Shown piece after piece: positions 1 to 12,424 of a DNA stretch of 43,916 bases; the first letter of the stretch is position 1, and every line of letters starts with the position of its first letter. The notes beneath the pieces were generated by a model. It made no database searches, was not told the origin of the DNA, and saw nothing but the letters and a program-made list of their open reading frames with translations. The position numbers were made by a program, and so were the translations under genes. Source of the stretch: Chiloscyllium plagiosum (Eukaryota); assembly GCF_004010195.1 (NCBI RefSeq), contig NC_057718.1, forward strand, positions 13,865,026 through 13,908,941, written 5' to 3'.

Positions 1-288
1 CACAAGCTAAAAAGAATAAACATCCCATAGAATATCAATATGAATAAAAAAAATTATTTTATTAAAAAGAGGGGGAATAAATACCCCACCCATCCTTTGG
101 TATGTCCTAACTTAGAAATTTAAAATGTACATCTTAACCACCGCCAGATATAGTTTGAACCAAATTATTATCAATAGAGGAAAAAAAAGGGGAAAAACAA
201 AGCTCCAACCGGATTTCCTCCATTTCTTTTACAGAATGATAAACACATACCCAAGCAACAATATTTATACATACTACAATTGTTTAAA

Positions 289-1082
289 TTAGGTTAGTTT
301 GTCCACAAAGTCTCTTGCCTTCGCCGATGTGTCAAAGAGATGCATGGATCCATCTAAGGTGATCCGAAGCACTGCTGGATATCTCAGGGAGTACTGAATC
401 CCAAGCTCCTTCAATCTTGTCTTGACACCATCATATGATTTTCGTTTCTGGATCACCGCCGCTGAAAAGTCCTGAAAAAACATGATCTTAGACCCCTCAT
501 AAATTAGGGCCTTTGGATCCTTCCCCTGGAGTCTGGAAGCCTCCATGACTCCTTATCCTGGTAATGATGGAACCGCACCAGGAAAGGACAAGGGCGTTGA
601 CCCAGACCTGACCTCCGTGCTGCGACCAGGTGAGCCCTCTCTATCTTCAATCCTCTCATGCCAGTCTCCAAGTCAAGGAGTTTTGGAAGCCAATCTTCAA
701 CAAATTCCGCAGGCCGCTCACCTTCCTTACCCTCAGGCAGACCGATGATCCGAATGTTTTTTCTCCTGCCCCTGTTTTCAAGATCATCTACTTGGTCACG
801 CAAATTACGAACCTGCGTCTTCAGGGCTTGGAACTCTTCCTTGAATGAACTGGCATCAGCTTCCACCACTGTGACCCTGTGCTCCACCTCATTCGTCCTC
901 TTCTCCAGATCTCCCAGCTGCTGCTCATGCTTCTGCAGCATGAGAGAGATTGGAGCCAGCTTCTCTTCAATCTGTTTCCCCAACATCTCGTGAGATTTCG
1001 AGAGCTGGTTCACCAGGTCCTGGAGAGTAATCTGCTCTGCTGCAGGCCCGGCCTCAGATGCTCCTCCTCCCTTTTTAGGCAT
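289..1082 (-). pseudogene. L1 ORF1p (coiled coil, RRM, CTD), one frameshift near 545
   Basis: ORF 504..1082 has heptad coiled coil and DDLENRGRRKNIRIIGLPE / IERAH motifs. ORF 289..546 has the CTD (IMFFQDFSAAVIQKRKSY...LRYPAVLRIT). Confidence 0.88.
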
Positions 1083-1247
1083 TTCTGGACAGCTGAAAAT
1101 ACAGGTAAGTCAATTTTTAAATGTTTCTTGGGGCTCCACAATCTTTCCAACACCCCAAGAAATCCTGATGACCTGGGTTGGGTGGGTTAAAGGACCGTCC
1201 TGCTCCTGCTGCGATGCGAAGCTCTGCAGTGTGATCTTCTCAGATCA

Positions 1248-1257
1248 CCGCCATCTT
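1248..1257 (-). promoter_or_regulatory. YY1-type site (AAGATGGCGG) at the L1 internal promoter
   Basis: ccgccatctt on the + strand, about 10 bp from the inferred L1 5' end, the position where L1 promoters carry a YY1 site. Confidence 0.65.
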
Positions 1258-1266
1258 AGATCCCCT

Positions 1267-2212
1267 CACTGTTTGTCATTTTTATAAATGATCTGGATGA
1301 GGAGATGGAAGGATGGGTTAGTAAATTTGCGGATGACACTAAGGTCGGTGGAGTTGTGGATAGTGACGAACGATGTTGTAGGTTACAGATTGACATAGAT
1401 AAGCTGCAGAGCTGGGCTGAGAGGTGGCAAATGGAGTTTAATGTGGAAAAGTGTGAGGTGATTCACTTTGGAAGGAGCAACAGGAATAAAGAGTACTGGG
1501 TTAATGATAGGATTCTTGGTAGTGTGGATGAGCAGAGAGATCTCGGTGTCCATGTACATAGATCCCTGAAAATTACCACCCAGATTGGAAAGGTTGTTAA
1601 GAAGGCATACAGTGTGTTAGCTTTTATTGGTAGAGGGATTGAGTTTCAGAGCCACAAGGTCATGTTGCAGCTGTACAAAACTCTGGTGCGTCGGGTCTTG
1701 GAGTATTGCATACAGTTCTGGTCATCGCATCATAGAACAGATGTGGAAGCTTTGGAAAGTGTTCAGAGGCGATTTACTAGGATGTTGCCTGGTATGGAGG
1801 GAATGTCTTATGAGGAAAGGCTGAGGGACTTGAGGCTGTTTTCACTAGAGAGAAGAAGGTTGGGAGGTTACTTAATTAAGACATATAAGATAATCAGAGT
1901 GAACAGTGAGAGCCTTTTTCCTTGGATGCTGATGGCTAGCACGAGGGGACATAGCTTTAAGTTGAGGAGTGATAGATAGAGGACAGATGTCAGAGGTAGT
2001 TTCTTTACTCAGGGAATATTAGGGGCATGGATAGTCCTGCCTGCAACTGTTGTAGACTCACCAACTTTAAGGACATTTAAATAGTCCATTAGATAAACAT
2101 ATGGATGAAAATGTTAATAGTGTTGGATAGATAGGCTTCTGATTGGTTCCACAGGTTGGAGCAACATCGAGTACCTAAGGGCCTGTACTGCGCTGTAATG
2201 TTCTATGTTCTG
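1267..2212 (+). mobile_element. CR1 (HER1-like) LINE, RT C-terminal half and 3' end
   Basis: LFVIFINDLD, then ORF 1305..1979 with SKFADDTK, WQMEFNVEKC, LEYCIQFWS; ends in a (ttctatg)n tail. Confidence 0.93.
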
Positions 2213-2310
2213 TAGGATGCGGGTGTCATTGGGTGGGCTGGGATTTATTACCCAATTCTAATTTACCCGGAGATGAAGATGATAATTCTTGAACTGCTGT
2301 AGACCTTGAG

Positions 2311-2607
2311 TCATAGATTCCATACAGTGTGGAAGCAGGACATCTTGCCCATCGAGTCCACAGTGATCCTTTGAAAAGCACCCCACCCAAGCCTACCACC
2401 CCTACCCCATCTCTGTAACCCTGCATGTCTCATCCACCTAGCCTGCACATCCTAGACACTACAGCATAATTTAGCATGGTCAATCCCCCTAACCTGCGCA
2501 TCTTCCAACTGTGGGAGGAAACGCACATAGACATGGGGAGAATGTGCAAACTCCACACAGACCGTGGCCTGAGGGTAGAATTGAACTCAGGTCCTTGGCA
2601 GTGTGCC
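2311..2607 (-). mobile_element. HE1-like V-SINE (5'-truncated)
   Basis: Reverse complement of the SINE at 19765: B-box GTTCAATTC, GTGTGGAGTTTGCACATTCTCCCC, GACCATGCTAAATT core, CR1-like tail. Confidence 0.8.
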
Positions 2608-2619
2608 GCCCTTGGACTA

Positions 2620-3010
2620 TAGATATGCTGGAAAATGCTGTTGGGGAGCAAGTTTCAGGTGAAGGAAACAACAGTGAAGGAAACAGCGATATATCTTTCC
2701 AAACCAGGAAGATATGGGGCATGCAGAGGAAATTTACACATGGTAGTACTTCCATGTATCTGTTGCTTTTGTCCGTCTAAGGGGTAGATGTCACATGTTT
2801 GGAAGGTGCTGTTGAAGGACCCTCAGTGTGTTGTATCTTGTAAATGGTAGAAACCTTTGTCACTGTGGAGGGGGTGAATGTTAAAAGTAACACAACAAAG
2901 TCTCCAGGACAGAAAGTTGAAGGGAACTGATGGATTGTCATCTTGTGCCCATCTACATTCCAGTCAATTACAGTGGGTTGATGGGGACTCTGGTCACAAA
3001 ATATTATACA
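2620..3010 (-). mobile_element. 3' fragment of an older CR1/L2-group LINE
   Basis: Minus strand ATTTACAAGATACAACAC...CAACAGCACCTTCCAAAC matches the + strand fragment at 5010-5110. Confidence 0.5.
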
Positions 3011-3061
3011 CAAAGAAAAGTGGGAAGTGAAGGTTTTGGATGTTGATCCCTAGTTTGAGTT

Positions 3062-3545
3062 ATAAGAACATAGGAACTGGGAGCAAAAGTCAGCAATTCA
3101 GCCCCTTGAACCTGCTCCACCATTTAAAACAATCAGGGCTGATATCATCTCAGCCCTAAATCCACTTTCCTGTTCATTCCCCATAACCGTTTAACCCATT
3201 ACTAATTAAAAATCTATCTATCTCCTCCTTAATCAACCATACTCTGGGGTTGTGATTTCCATAGATTCACAACCCTTTGAGAAGAATAATTTATCCTCAT
3301 CTCTGTTTTAAATCTGCTGCTCCTTATCCTAAACCTCATTTCGATTGCCCCACGTAAGGAAATATTGTTTCTACATCTTCGGTCAATCCCCTTTAGCATC
3401 TTATATCCCTCAGTTAGAATTCCTGTCATTCTTCTGAATTCTAGAGAGTATCTGCCTAAACATCTCTTCATAAGACAAGCCCCTCATCTCTGGAATCAAT
3501 CTGGTAAACCTTTTCTGAACTGCCTCCAATGCAACTATATCCCTC
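3062..3545 (-). mobile_element. CR1 LINE 3' end fragment
   Basis: ORF 3229..3471 (YSLEFRRM...FKTEMRINYSSQRVVNLW) plus CR1 3'UTR ending near ataagaacatag on +. Confidence 0.85.
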
Positions 3546-3875
3546 CTTCATATTCCAGGCAAAACTGCCTCCTGAAAAGGAGGAAGCATTACTGTGTGTG
3601 AAACACATCTAATCAGATTTAAATCTGTCCCAGATGGAAATACCAACAAAACTTACAAAAGATGCTACTGCTCCAGCTCAACCTGAATATTTCATAATGG
3701 CACTCTAGTATGACCAACTCGTCATTTATAAGTACGAGGTTAGTTTTCCCTTTGAGGAGGTTGTCAGACACAGTGACAGCCAAGGTAATGATGTTACAAT
3801 CGCAAAAATACTGCTGTGTATCATCTTCTCATCTGCTTCATTCCCTCCACCTGCAGCAGTTTATATGGACTTCAA

Positions 3876-5000
3876 TCAGCCATTTGATGAAGTCCTGGTA
3901 CAAAAACTAAAATCACATGGGATTCATGGTGGGCTAGTGAGATGGATACAAAACTGGCCTGGTCATAGAAGACAGAGGGTAGCGGTTGAAGGGTGTTTTT
4001 CAGAATGGAGACCGGTAACTAGTGGTGTTCCATAGGGATCAGTGTTGGATCCACTGTTATTTGAGGTATATATAAATGATATGGAGGAAAATGTGGGTGG
4101 TCTGATCAGTAAGTTTACAGATGACACAAAGATTAGTGGAGTTGCCAATAATTATGAAAGGATACAACAGATATAGGTGACTTGGCCACAGAAGTGGCAG
4201 ATGGCATTTAATCCAGACAAATGCGAGGTGATGCATTTTGGAGGATCAAGTTTAGGTGTGAATTATTCTGTAAATGGCAAAATCCTTAAGAATATTAACA
4301 TATAGATGGATCTGGGTGTGCAGGTCCGCAGGTCCCTAAAAGTGGCTAAACAGGTGGCCAAGGTGATTAAGAAGACATATGGTATGTTTACCATTATTGG
4401 CCGGGGCATGAAGTACAAGAGTTGGCAAACCATGTTGCAGCCATATAAAACCCTTGTTAGGCTGCCTTTGGAATATTGTGCACAGTTTTGGTCACCACAC
4501 TACAAAAAGGATATGGAAACTTTGGATAGAGTGCAGAGAAAGTTCACCAGGATGTTGCCTAGTCTTGAAGGCATTGGCTATGAGGAATGGTTAAAAAGAC
4601 TAGGATTGTTTTCACTGGAAAGACAGCGGTGAGAGGAGACCTGATAGAGATCTACAAAATTATGAGAGGCACAGATAGGGTGGATAGTCAGAGGGTTTTT
4701 CCCGGGGTTAAAGTTGCAATTACAAGAGGGGACAGGTTCAAGGTGAGAGGGGGAAATGTTTAAGGGAAGTTTTTCATGCACAGTGTGGTAGGAGTATGGA
4801 ACGGACTTCCAGAAGAAGTGGTGAAAGCAGGCACTTGGTGACAGTTGAGAGGCGTCTGGATCGTTACATGAATAGGGAGGAATTAGAGGGATACCGTCTG
4901 AATATGGGCAGAGGGTTTGTTTTTCAGTTTTAGTTAGGGCAAGATGATCGGCATAGGCTTGGAAGGCCAGTGGGCCTGTTTCTGTGCTGTATTTCTCTTT
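3876..5000 (+). mobile_element. CR1 LINE, degenerate RT and 3' end
   Basis: VTSGVP*GSVLDPLLF, SKFTDDTK, and ORF 4306..4632 (LEYCAQFWSPHYKKD); CR1 3'UTR to about 5000. Confidence 0.92.
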
Positions 5001-6404
5001 AGTTCAGCAGTAGTGGGTACCATCTATAAAATGCACTGCAGGACTCAGCAAAGCTGCTTCAACAGCACTTTCCAAACCTGCAACCTCTGCCACCTAGAAA
5101 GTCATTGAGAGAACCCCATGTTCTTCATCTGTGCATGGGTTCTCTATTTGTCCTCCTGCATGAACAGGTAGGCCAGGCGTTGGTTAAATAGTTTTGCCCC
5201 CACAGCAGTGCTGGTGACAATACATCACTCTCAAACCGGCACTTACAAGTTGACATGCCTTCTCACCCAGCGAGACTGCTTTGCATTTATAATCATCTTT
5301 AAAGTTGGGACATCTCAAACACTTTAATGGAGAGTAATCCTTGCTGCAATGCAATAACCAATTTGCACACAAAAGAATCCCACAAACCATGCGTAAAGTA
5401 ATTAGATAATATGTTTCCTAACTAGATAATGTCTTACAGTGATTGGGTTGAAGAATAAATGTGGCCTGGCCTTGGTTGAAGTCTTTTCTGGAAGAAGTGA
5501 GAAAGTTGTACATGAGACAAGCCGACAGACAGAAAGTGAGGATGGAGGATGTCTACTTCAGAAGTGAGGATATGTTTAACTGACCCTTAACAGGTCCTCC
5601 ACACAGTCGTGTTGTAAACAGATAAGCTGCAAACTATTATAAATATGTAAAGGAAGGGAGTCGAGATGTTTTGGGTCCTGCTTTCATTTGTTATATTTCA
5701 GAGGCATGTTGTGTCTTCAAGCTCTGCATATGGCTGACTGAACACAAAATGGTTATTGTGGAGCAAATCTATCCCTCAATCTTGGTGAGCAGCGCCCTCG
5801 AGGGGTGCCTTTGGGAATAACAACTGCACAGGGCAGTCCAAGAGAAAGGATATTCCTCAGCAATGGTCGTCATAGAGTCATACAGCACGGAAACACGCCC
5901 TTCGGTCCAATTAGTCCACGTTGATGATGAGTAACAGTGTCAGTAAATAGCAATTCTCATGGGCTTCGTGATTAGGTGAAATGAAATTTCCTTCCTTTGC
6001 ACTTGTGCTAACAATTGGGAGGACTGTCAGAAAATTTTGACAAACTTCACCTCTGCCACACATTGAGTATCTCCAGAATATTTTCTTCTGTTTAATCTTT
6101 GTTTAAACAACATGATAACAATCTTAAAGTGCGTGGAAAATAGTAACTAGCTTCAGACAATTGCAACAAATGCCTCTACACAACCATACATCAGCATCCT
6201 GACCATGTTTCAACATCACCTACTCTGCAGTGAGTTTTAGGATTCACTATTAGGATGTGGGTTTCCTCCAGATACTTAGTCATTTGGTCACACAGCATGG
6301 AAACAAACTCTTCGGTACAACAGTCCACACCGCTCATAATCCCAAACTAAACTAGTCCCACATGCCTGTGCGTGGCCCATATCCCTCTCAACATTTCTTA
6401 TTCA

Positions 6405-6962
6405 GGTGGGTCAGTGGTTAGCACTGCTGCCTTACAGTGCCAAGGACTCAGGTTCAATTCTAGCCTCGGACAACTGTCTGTGTGGACTTTGCACATTCTC
6501 CCCATGTCTGTGCGGGTTTCCTCCGGGTGCTCTGGTTTTCTCTTACGGTCCAAACATGTGTAGGTTAGGGTGAATTGGCCATGCTAAGTTGCTCATAGTG
6601 TTCAGGGATGTGTAGGTTAGGGTGAATTGCTCATAGTGTTCAGGGATGTATAGGTTAGGGTGAATTGGCCATGCTAAATTGCTCATAGTGTTCAGGGATG
6701 TGTAAGTTAGGGTGAATTGCTCATAGTGTTCAGGGATGTATAGGTTAGGGTGAATTGGCCATGCTAAATTGCTCATAGTGTTCAGGGATCTGTAGGTTAG
6801 GGTGAATTGGTCATGCTAAATTGCTCATAGTGTTCAGGGATGTGTAGGTTAGGGTGAATTGGCCATGCTAAATTGCTCATAGTGTTGAGGGATGTGTAGG
6901 TTAGGTGCATTAGTTAGGGGTAAATATAGAGTAGTAGGGGAATATGTCTGGGTGGGTTACTC
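6405..6962 (+). mobile_element. HE1-like V-SINE with an internal tandem amplification
   Basis: A-box-like CAGTGGTTAG, B-box GGTTCAATTC, GTGCGGGTTTCCTCCGGGTGCTCTGGTTT, then a repeated core. Confidence 0.85.
6556..6905 (+). repeat. Minisatellite of 52-bp and 38-bp units (order L-S-L-S-L-L-L plus a partial unit)
   Basis: Long unit atgtgtaggttagggtgaattggccatgctaaattgctcatagtgttcaggg. The short unit lacks the 14 bp between two aattg copies. Units start at 6556, 6608, 6646, 6698, 6736, 6788, 6840, 6892. Confidence 0.95.
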
Positions 6963-7110
6963 TTTGGAAATGTTGTAACTGGACCTGCATCCACCACTTC
7001 CTCTGGCAGCTCATTCCACACACAAACCACCCTCTGAAAAGTAAAAACTTGCCCCTCATGTCTTTTTTAAATCTTTCTCCTTGCACCTTAAAAATATGCC
7101 CCCTAGTCTT

Positions 7111-10100
7111 GAGAGCAATATCTTGATGGACAGGTTTGCTAGTGCTACAAGAGAGGGTTCGAACTAGATTGGCAAGGGACAATGGGGTCCTCAACAGCAG
7201 ACAGGGCAAGTGCACGGCTCGAAGGAGGTACAGTAATCAGAAACATTAAAGTGAAGAGACAGGTCAGGCTGGAACACAACAGAGCAATAAAGCCTATTGG
7301 ATTAAATTGCATCTATTTCAATGCAAGAGGGCTGACAGGTAAGGCCGATGAACTCTGGGCATGATTAGGTACGTAGGATTGGGATATTATGGTCATTACA
7401 GAAACATGGCTATGGGAGGGACGGTACTGGCAGCTTAATGTGCCACGTTACAGGTACTTCAGGCATGACAGAGGAGAGGGCAAGTTGCATTTTTGATTAG
7501 GGTGATTATCTCAGCAGTAATCAGAGATGAAATAACTGAAGACTGATCCAGTGAGGCTTTGTGAGTGGAGCTAAGAGATAAGAAGGGAATGGTTACTTTA
7601 TTAGGGTTGTACTATAGGCACCCAAATAGTCAATGGGAATTAGAGGAACAAAGCAAGGAGACTGGGGAGACTTGCAGGAGCAATAAAATTGTCATAGTAG
7701 GGGATTTTAATTTTTCTAAAGTAGACTGAGACTGCCACAGTATTAAGGGCTTAGATGGGGTTGGAATTTGTTAAATGCATTTAGGAAAGTTTCCTCAAGC
7801 AGTATGTAGAGGGTCCTACTCAGGAAAGGGCAAAACTTGACCTACTCTTGGGAAATAGGGCAGGACAGGTGACGGAGGTGACAGTGGGGGAGCACTTTGG
7901 GACCAGTGACCATTGTTCTTTTAATTTTAAAATAGTTATGGAGAGGAACAAAACTGATCCACAGGTTCAAGTTCAAAATTGGGGCACGGCAAAGTTTATT
8001 GGAATAATACAGGAGTTTATAGAGGCTGATTGGAGTAGTTTGTTTACAGGCAAAGGTACCTTCAGCAAGTGGGAGGCCTTTAAAAGTCAGATGGCGAGAG
8101 TTTAAGGTCTATATGTTCCTGTGAGGGTGAAAGGCAAGGTTTACAGGAATAGAGAACCCTGGATGACAAGGGATATGAAGGCTTTGACCAGAAATAAGGA
8201 GGAGGTATGGCTCAGGTACAGGCAGATGGAATCAAAGGAATCCTTGGAGGTATACAGGGGACACAGAAGTTTACTGAGGAAGGAAATCAAGAGGACGAAA
8301 AGGGAGCATGAGATAGTCTTGGCTAAGCAGATTAGGGTGAATCCAAAGAGGTTCTTTAAGTCTATTAAGGGAAGAAGAATAACTATAGAGAGAATAGGAC
8401 CCCTCGAGGACCAAAGTGGATATGTTTGCTTAGAACCGCAGGAAATGGGTGAGATTCTTAATGAATATTTCTCCTCTGTGTTTACCGTGGAGAAAGACAT
8501 GAAGACTTGGGTACTTGGGGAAGTTAGTGATCATATCTTGGGGATAGTCCATATCACAGTAGAGGAAGTGTTGGCTGTATTAGAATGTATGAAGATAGAT
8601 AAATCTCCTGGTCCTGACCAGATCCATCTAAGAACACTGCAAGAGGCTAGAAAAGAAATTGTGGGGGCCCTGGCTAATAATTTTGTATCATCGTTAGCCA
8701 CAGGGAAGGGCCCAGAAGACTAGAGGGTAGTGAATGTTGTGCCCTTATTCAAGAAAGGCTGCAAAGAAAAACCTGGGAACTACAGACCAGTGAGCCTAAC
8801 ATCTGTGGTAGATAAGCTACTTGAGAAGATTCTGAGATAAGATATATATGCATTTGGAAAGGCAAGGTTTGATTAGGAATAGTCAGCATGGATTTGTGCT
8901 TGGGAGATCATGCCTCAAAAATTTGTTCGAGTTCTTTCATGAAGTGAGCAGGAAGGTTGATGAAGGCAGGGCGGTAGATGTAGTCTATATGGATTTCAGT
9001 AAGTCCTTTGATAAGGTTCCACATAGTAGGCTGCTCTGGAAGTTTAAATTGCATGGAATCCAGGGGGAGCTGGCAAATTGAATACACAATTGGCTTGATG
9101 GTAGGAAGCAAGGGGGTAATAGTGGAAGGATGCTTGTTGGACTGGAGGTCTGTAACCGGTGGAGTGCCTCAGGGGTCAGTGCTGGACCCATTGCTATTTG
9201 TTATCTATATCAATGATTTGGATGACAATGTACAAGGCATGATTTGTACGTTTGCAGATGACACTAAGATAGGAGATATCATGTACACTGAGGAAGGTTA
9301 TCAGAAATTGCAGCAGGACCTTGATCAGCTGGGGAAGTGCAGCCAAGAAATGGCAAATGGAGTTTAACATTGATAAGTGTGAGGTCTTGCATTTTGGAAA
9401 ATCAAATCAAGGTAGGAGTTTCATGGTGAATGTTAGGGCCTTAAGGAGTGAAGTGGAACAGAGGGACCTTGGAGTTCAGGTGCATGGTTCTATGAAAGTG
9501 GAGTCACAGGTAGACAGGATAGTGAAGAAGGCTTTTGGCACACTGGCCTCCATCGGTCAGGACATTGAGTATAGAAGTTGGGAACTTATGTTGCAGTTTT
9601 GCAGGAGTTTGGTGAGGTTTCACTTGGAGTATAGTGTTCAGTTTTGGTCACCTTGCTATAGGAAGGATTTTATTAGACTGGAAAGAGTACAGAAGCAATT
9701 TACAAGGATGTTGCCAGGACTCAATGGTCTGAGTTATAGGGAGAGGTTGGACAAGCTAGGACCTTTTTTCCTTAGAGCGTAGGAGACTGATTGGGAATCT
9801 TATAGAAGTGTATAAGATCATGAGAGGCATGGAGAGGGTGAATGCACTCAGTCTTTTTCCCAGGGTTGGGGAATCAAGGACTACAGGGGATCAGTTTAAG
9901 GTCAGAGGGGAAAGAATAAAAGGGAAGTTGGTGGGGTTTTGTTTTACACAGAGGGTGGTACACATATGGAATGAGCAGCCAGCAGAAATGGTTGAGGCGG
10001 GTACATTAACAACATTTAAAAGGCATTTGGACGAATACATGGATAGGAAAGATTTAGAAGGATATGGGTCAAGTGCAGGGAAAGAGGGTTAGCGTGGACG

Positions 10101-10175
10101 GACATTTTGGTCAGCACGGACCAGTTTGGGCCAAAGGGCCTGTCTCCGTGCTGTTGGACTCTATGACTGTATGAA
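7111..10175 (+). mobile_element. CR1 LINE with the end of ORF1 and a nearly complete but disrupted ORF2 (APE endonuclease + RT)
   Basis: LNCIYFNARGLTGKADEL, GDFN, GTSDH, KSPGPDQIH, SQHGF, YMDFSKSFDKV, GVPQGSVLDP, FADDTK; many stops and frameshifts; ctctatgactgtatga tail. Confidence 0.95.
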
Positions 10176-10694
10176 ATTTCCTATAGGAATGTGGTTCAAG
10201 TACATAATTCAAAGAAATTGCAAAATGTATCATTACAGAAGAAAGGGCAAAAGTATTCTGGACTTTGTAAATCAAGTCATTCTGACACATCCTAATGGAT
10301 CATGTCCTTTTTATAAGGCAATATTTAGGCCGTAATTAGTCAATTGATGATTAAACTCTGTTTAAATGAATAGATTTTGAATGAGATAAAATCTCACCGC
10401 TCATCATTCTCTCATTATCACTTGGTTGGAGTCATGGACCTTCTGACCAAGTGATGCTGTGTGTGCACTTTCACCACATTGAGTGGAGAAGTCCAAGGCA
10501 ACGGATTCCTCAAAGACAGCTGGGGGTGGCCTGCACTTTGTAAAAGCCGAACCCTTGAGATGATTATCATGAACTGATGTTGTTTGGCCATCCCAATACA
10601 ACCATCCAGATGTACACTCACAATGTTCATGAAGCAACATTGAACAGCCCACTGTCACAATTACAGCCATATACCTCAGACACTGAGGATCTGA

Positions 10695-10990
10695 AATAGA
10701 ACATAGGACAGTACAGCACAGAACAGGCCCTTCAGCCCACCATGTTGTGCCGATCCTCATGTATGCACCCTCAAATTTCTGTGACCATATACATGTCCAG
10801 CAGTCTCTTAAATGTCCCCAATGACCTTGCTTCCACAACTGCTGCTGGCAACGCATTCCATGCTCTCACAACTCTCTGCGTAAAGAACCCGCCTCTGACA
10901 TCCCCGCTATACTTTCCTCCAACCGGCTTAAAACTATGACTCCTCGTGTTAGTCATTTCTGCCCTGGGAAATAGTCTCTGGCTATCGACA
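10695..10990 (-). mobile_element. CR1 3' end fragment
   Basis: ORF 10771..10956 TRSHSFK...FFTQRVVRAWNALP; tail aatagaacatagga on +. Confidence 0.88.
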
Positions 10991-12351
10991 AATCAAAACA
11001 GAAAGTGCTCATTCCAGTTTTGCTAGGCTGCTTTGACAACACATTCAATCAAATGAAGCCTTGATATCAAGGGCTGCCACTCCCACGCACCTCTGGAGTT
11101 CAGTTCGTTTGTCCATGTTTGGACCAAGGCTGTAATTAGGCCAGGAGGCAGATGGCCCAGGAGGAATCCAACATCAGTGAGCACAGTGTCCTTTGTAAGT
11201 TTGATGGCAATCTTGCTCTCTCCTTCCTTAAATTTACTGATGGTGAGAGTAGACCGATAGGACAGTGATTTCCCGGGTTGGATTTGAACAGTTTATTTTG
11301 TGCCTAAGACATACCTAGACAATTTTCTACATTGTTGGGTTTGCTTTACATAATATAAAGACTATACACATTTTATGTGGAACATAACCTGGGGAGAATG
11401 GAAGGTTGGACCCTGCTGTGTAGCAGAGCATGAACCTGCTCTTTTAAAAAAACCTGGAGGTTAGATTCAATATTATGTGGTCATATAAGGTCATATAATC
11501 TTTGGAGACAAGCTGGTACCAGGTGTCTTGAGTCGCAAAAGGAAAACTGCCTAGAAACAGGCATTTGGAATTTTATGTTGCAGTTTGTTACAGAACTGAG
11601 AGAGGGCAGACCTTCAAAAAGCATACAAGCCAAGACAGGTCCTTCTGCCTTACCTTCTGTGAGTGAAAGAACATCAGCACCCCAACACAAGCAAAGACCT
11701 AGGTCCAACTGACCAGTTACTGAATTATAAACCTTCTATTGTCCTGTGGTTGACAACAATGTGACATCGTGGCCAAAACCCAGAAGAACTATGAGACAAT
11801 CACCTTGTGGTTTGCAATCTTGATTCATTATTTATGAATAAATGTACCTATTTTTGGATTTAGAGTGGGTTTAGTTAAATTTGCATATAAGGGAACTAAA
11901 AATCTATTTTGCTACTTGTTAAAGAATATATTTGTTTATAATAAACAAGTTTTATTTTCTTCTTTGTCTATTGACAAAACCTAGTGTGAATTTCTTTTTC
12001 CTTTAAGTAGTAGTCACAGTCAGGTAATTAACTATCTTAATGATGCAATTGTCATTTATACATTTGTGACAACTGCTGCCATACTATATTTGTAGCTGAA
12101 CAGCGAAACAATGTGGAGACAACTCGTGGAAATTCAAAAAAGGAGAAACAGCAGTTGGTATTAATGTCTCTTACTTCAGACCTGATAAGAGACACTCAGA
12201 AGCACGTGTAATCTAGAAGCCGGTTACAACCGGCAGTTACAGATTTCCATTGGGACATGAAGAACTTAAGGAGCAGTCCTGATTAGAAGTTCAGCTAGGA
12301 GCTGAACAGGCATTGGAGCTCTAAGAATAAAATCAATAATCTGCCTTTGGT

Positions 12352-12424
12352 AAAGGGTTGCACAGTGGCTCAGTGGTTAGCACTGCTGCCTCACAGTGCC
12401 AGGGACCTGGGTTCAATTCCTACC
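12352..12424 (+). mobile_element. HE1-like SINE tRNA-derived head, separated from its body (16274-16540) by a Gypsy insertion
   Basis: CAGTGGCTCAGTGGTTAGCACTGCTGCCTCACAGTGCCAGGGACCTGGGTTCAATTCC; continues at 16274 as caccTTTGGGCAACTGTCTGTG. Confidence 0.88.

Larger units (their letters stand above)
1..1266 (-). mobile_element. L1-clade LINE, 5' portion (5'UTR, ORF1, inter-ORF spacer); continues beyond the left edge
   Basis: Element strand starts GGGGATCTAAGATGGCGG (L1-type 5' end with YY1 motif), then a ~185 bp UTR, ORF1 from 1082 and a T-rich spacer at 1-288. Confidence 0.85.
6280..7110 (-). mobile_element. CR1 3' fragment interrupted by a SINE (6405-6962)
   Basis: Tail region cacacagcatggaaacaaactcttcgg at 6289; resumes at about 6965 with KTRGHIFKVQGERFKKD on the minus strand. 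Confidence 0.75.

Noticed and set aside
6556..6905. CRISPR-like repeat array
   Set aside because: The units are contiguous tandem copies with no unique spacers, they lie inside a SINE, and no cas genes are present.
10404..10856. 150-aa ORF or possible exon after tttcag at about 10691
   Set aside because: The N-terminal part is an off-frame CR1 3' end, the remainder has no motif I recognise, and there are no partner exons.
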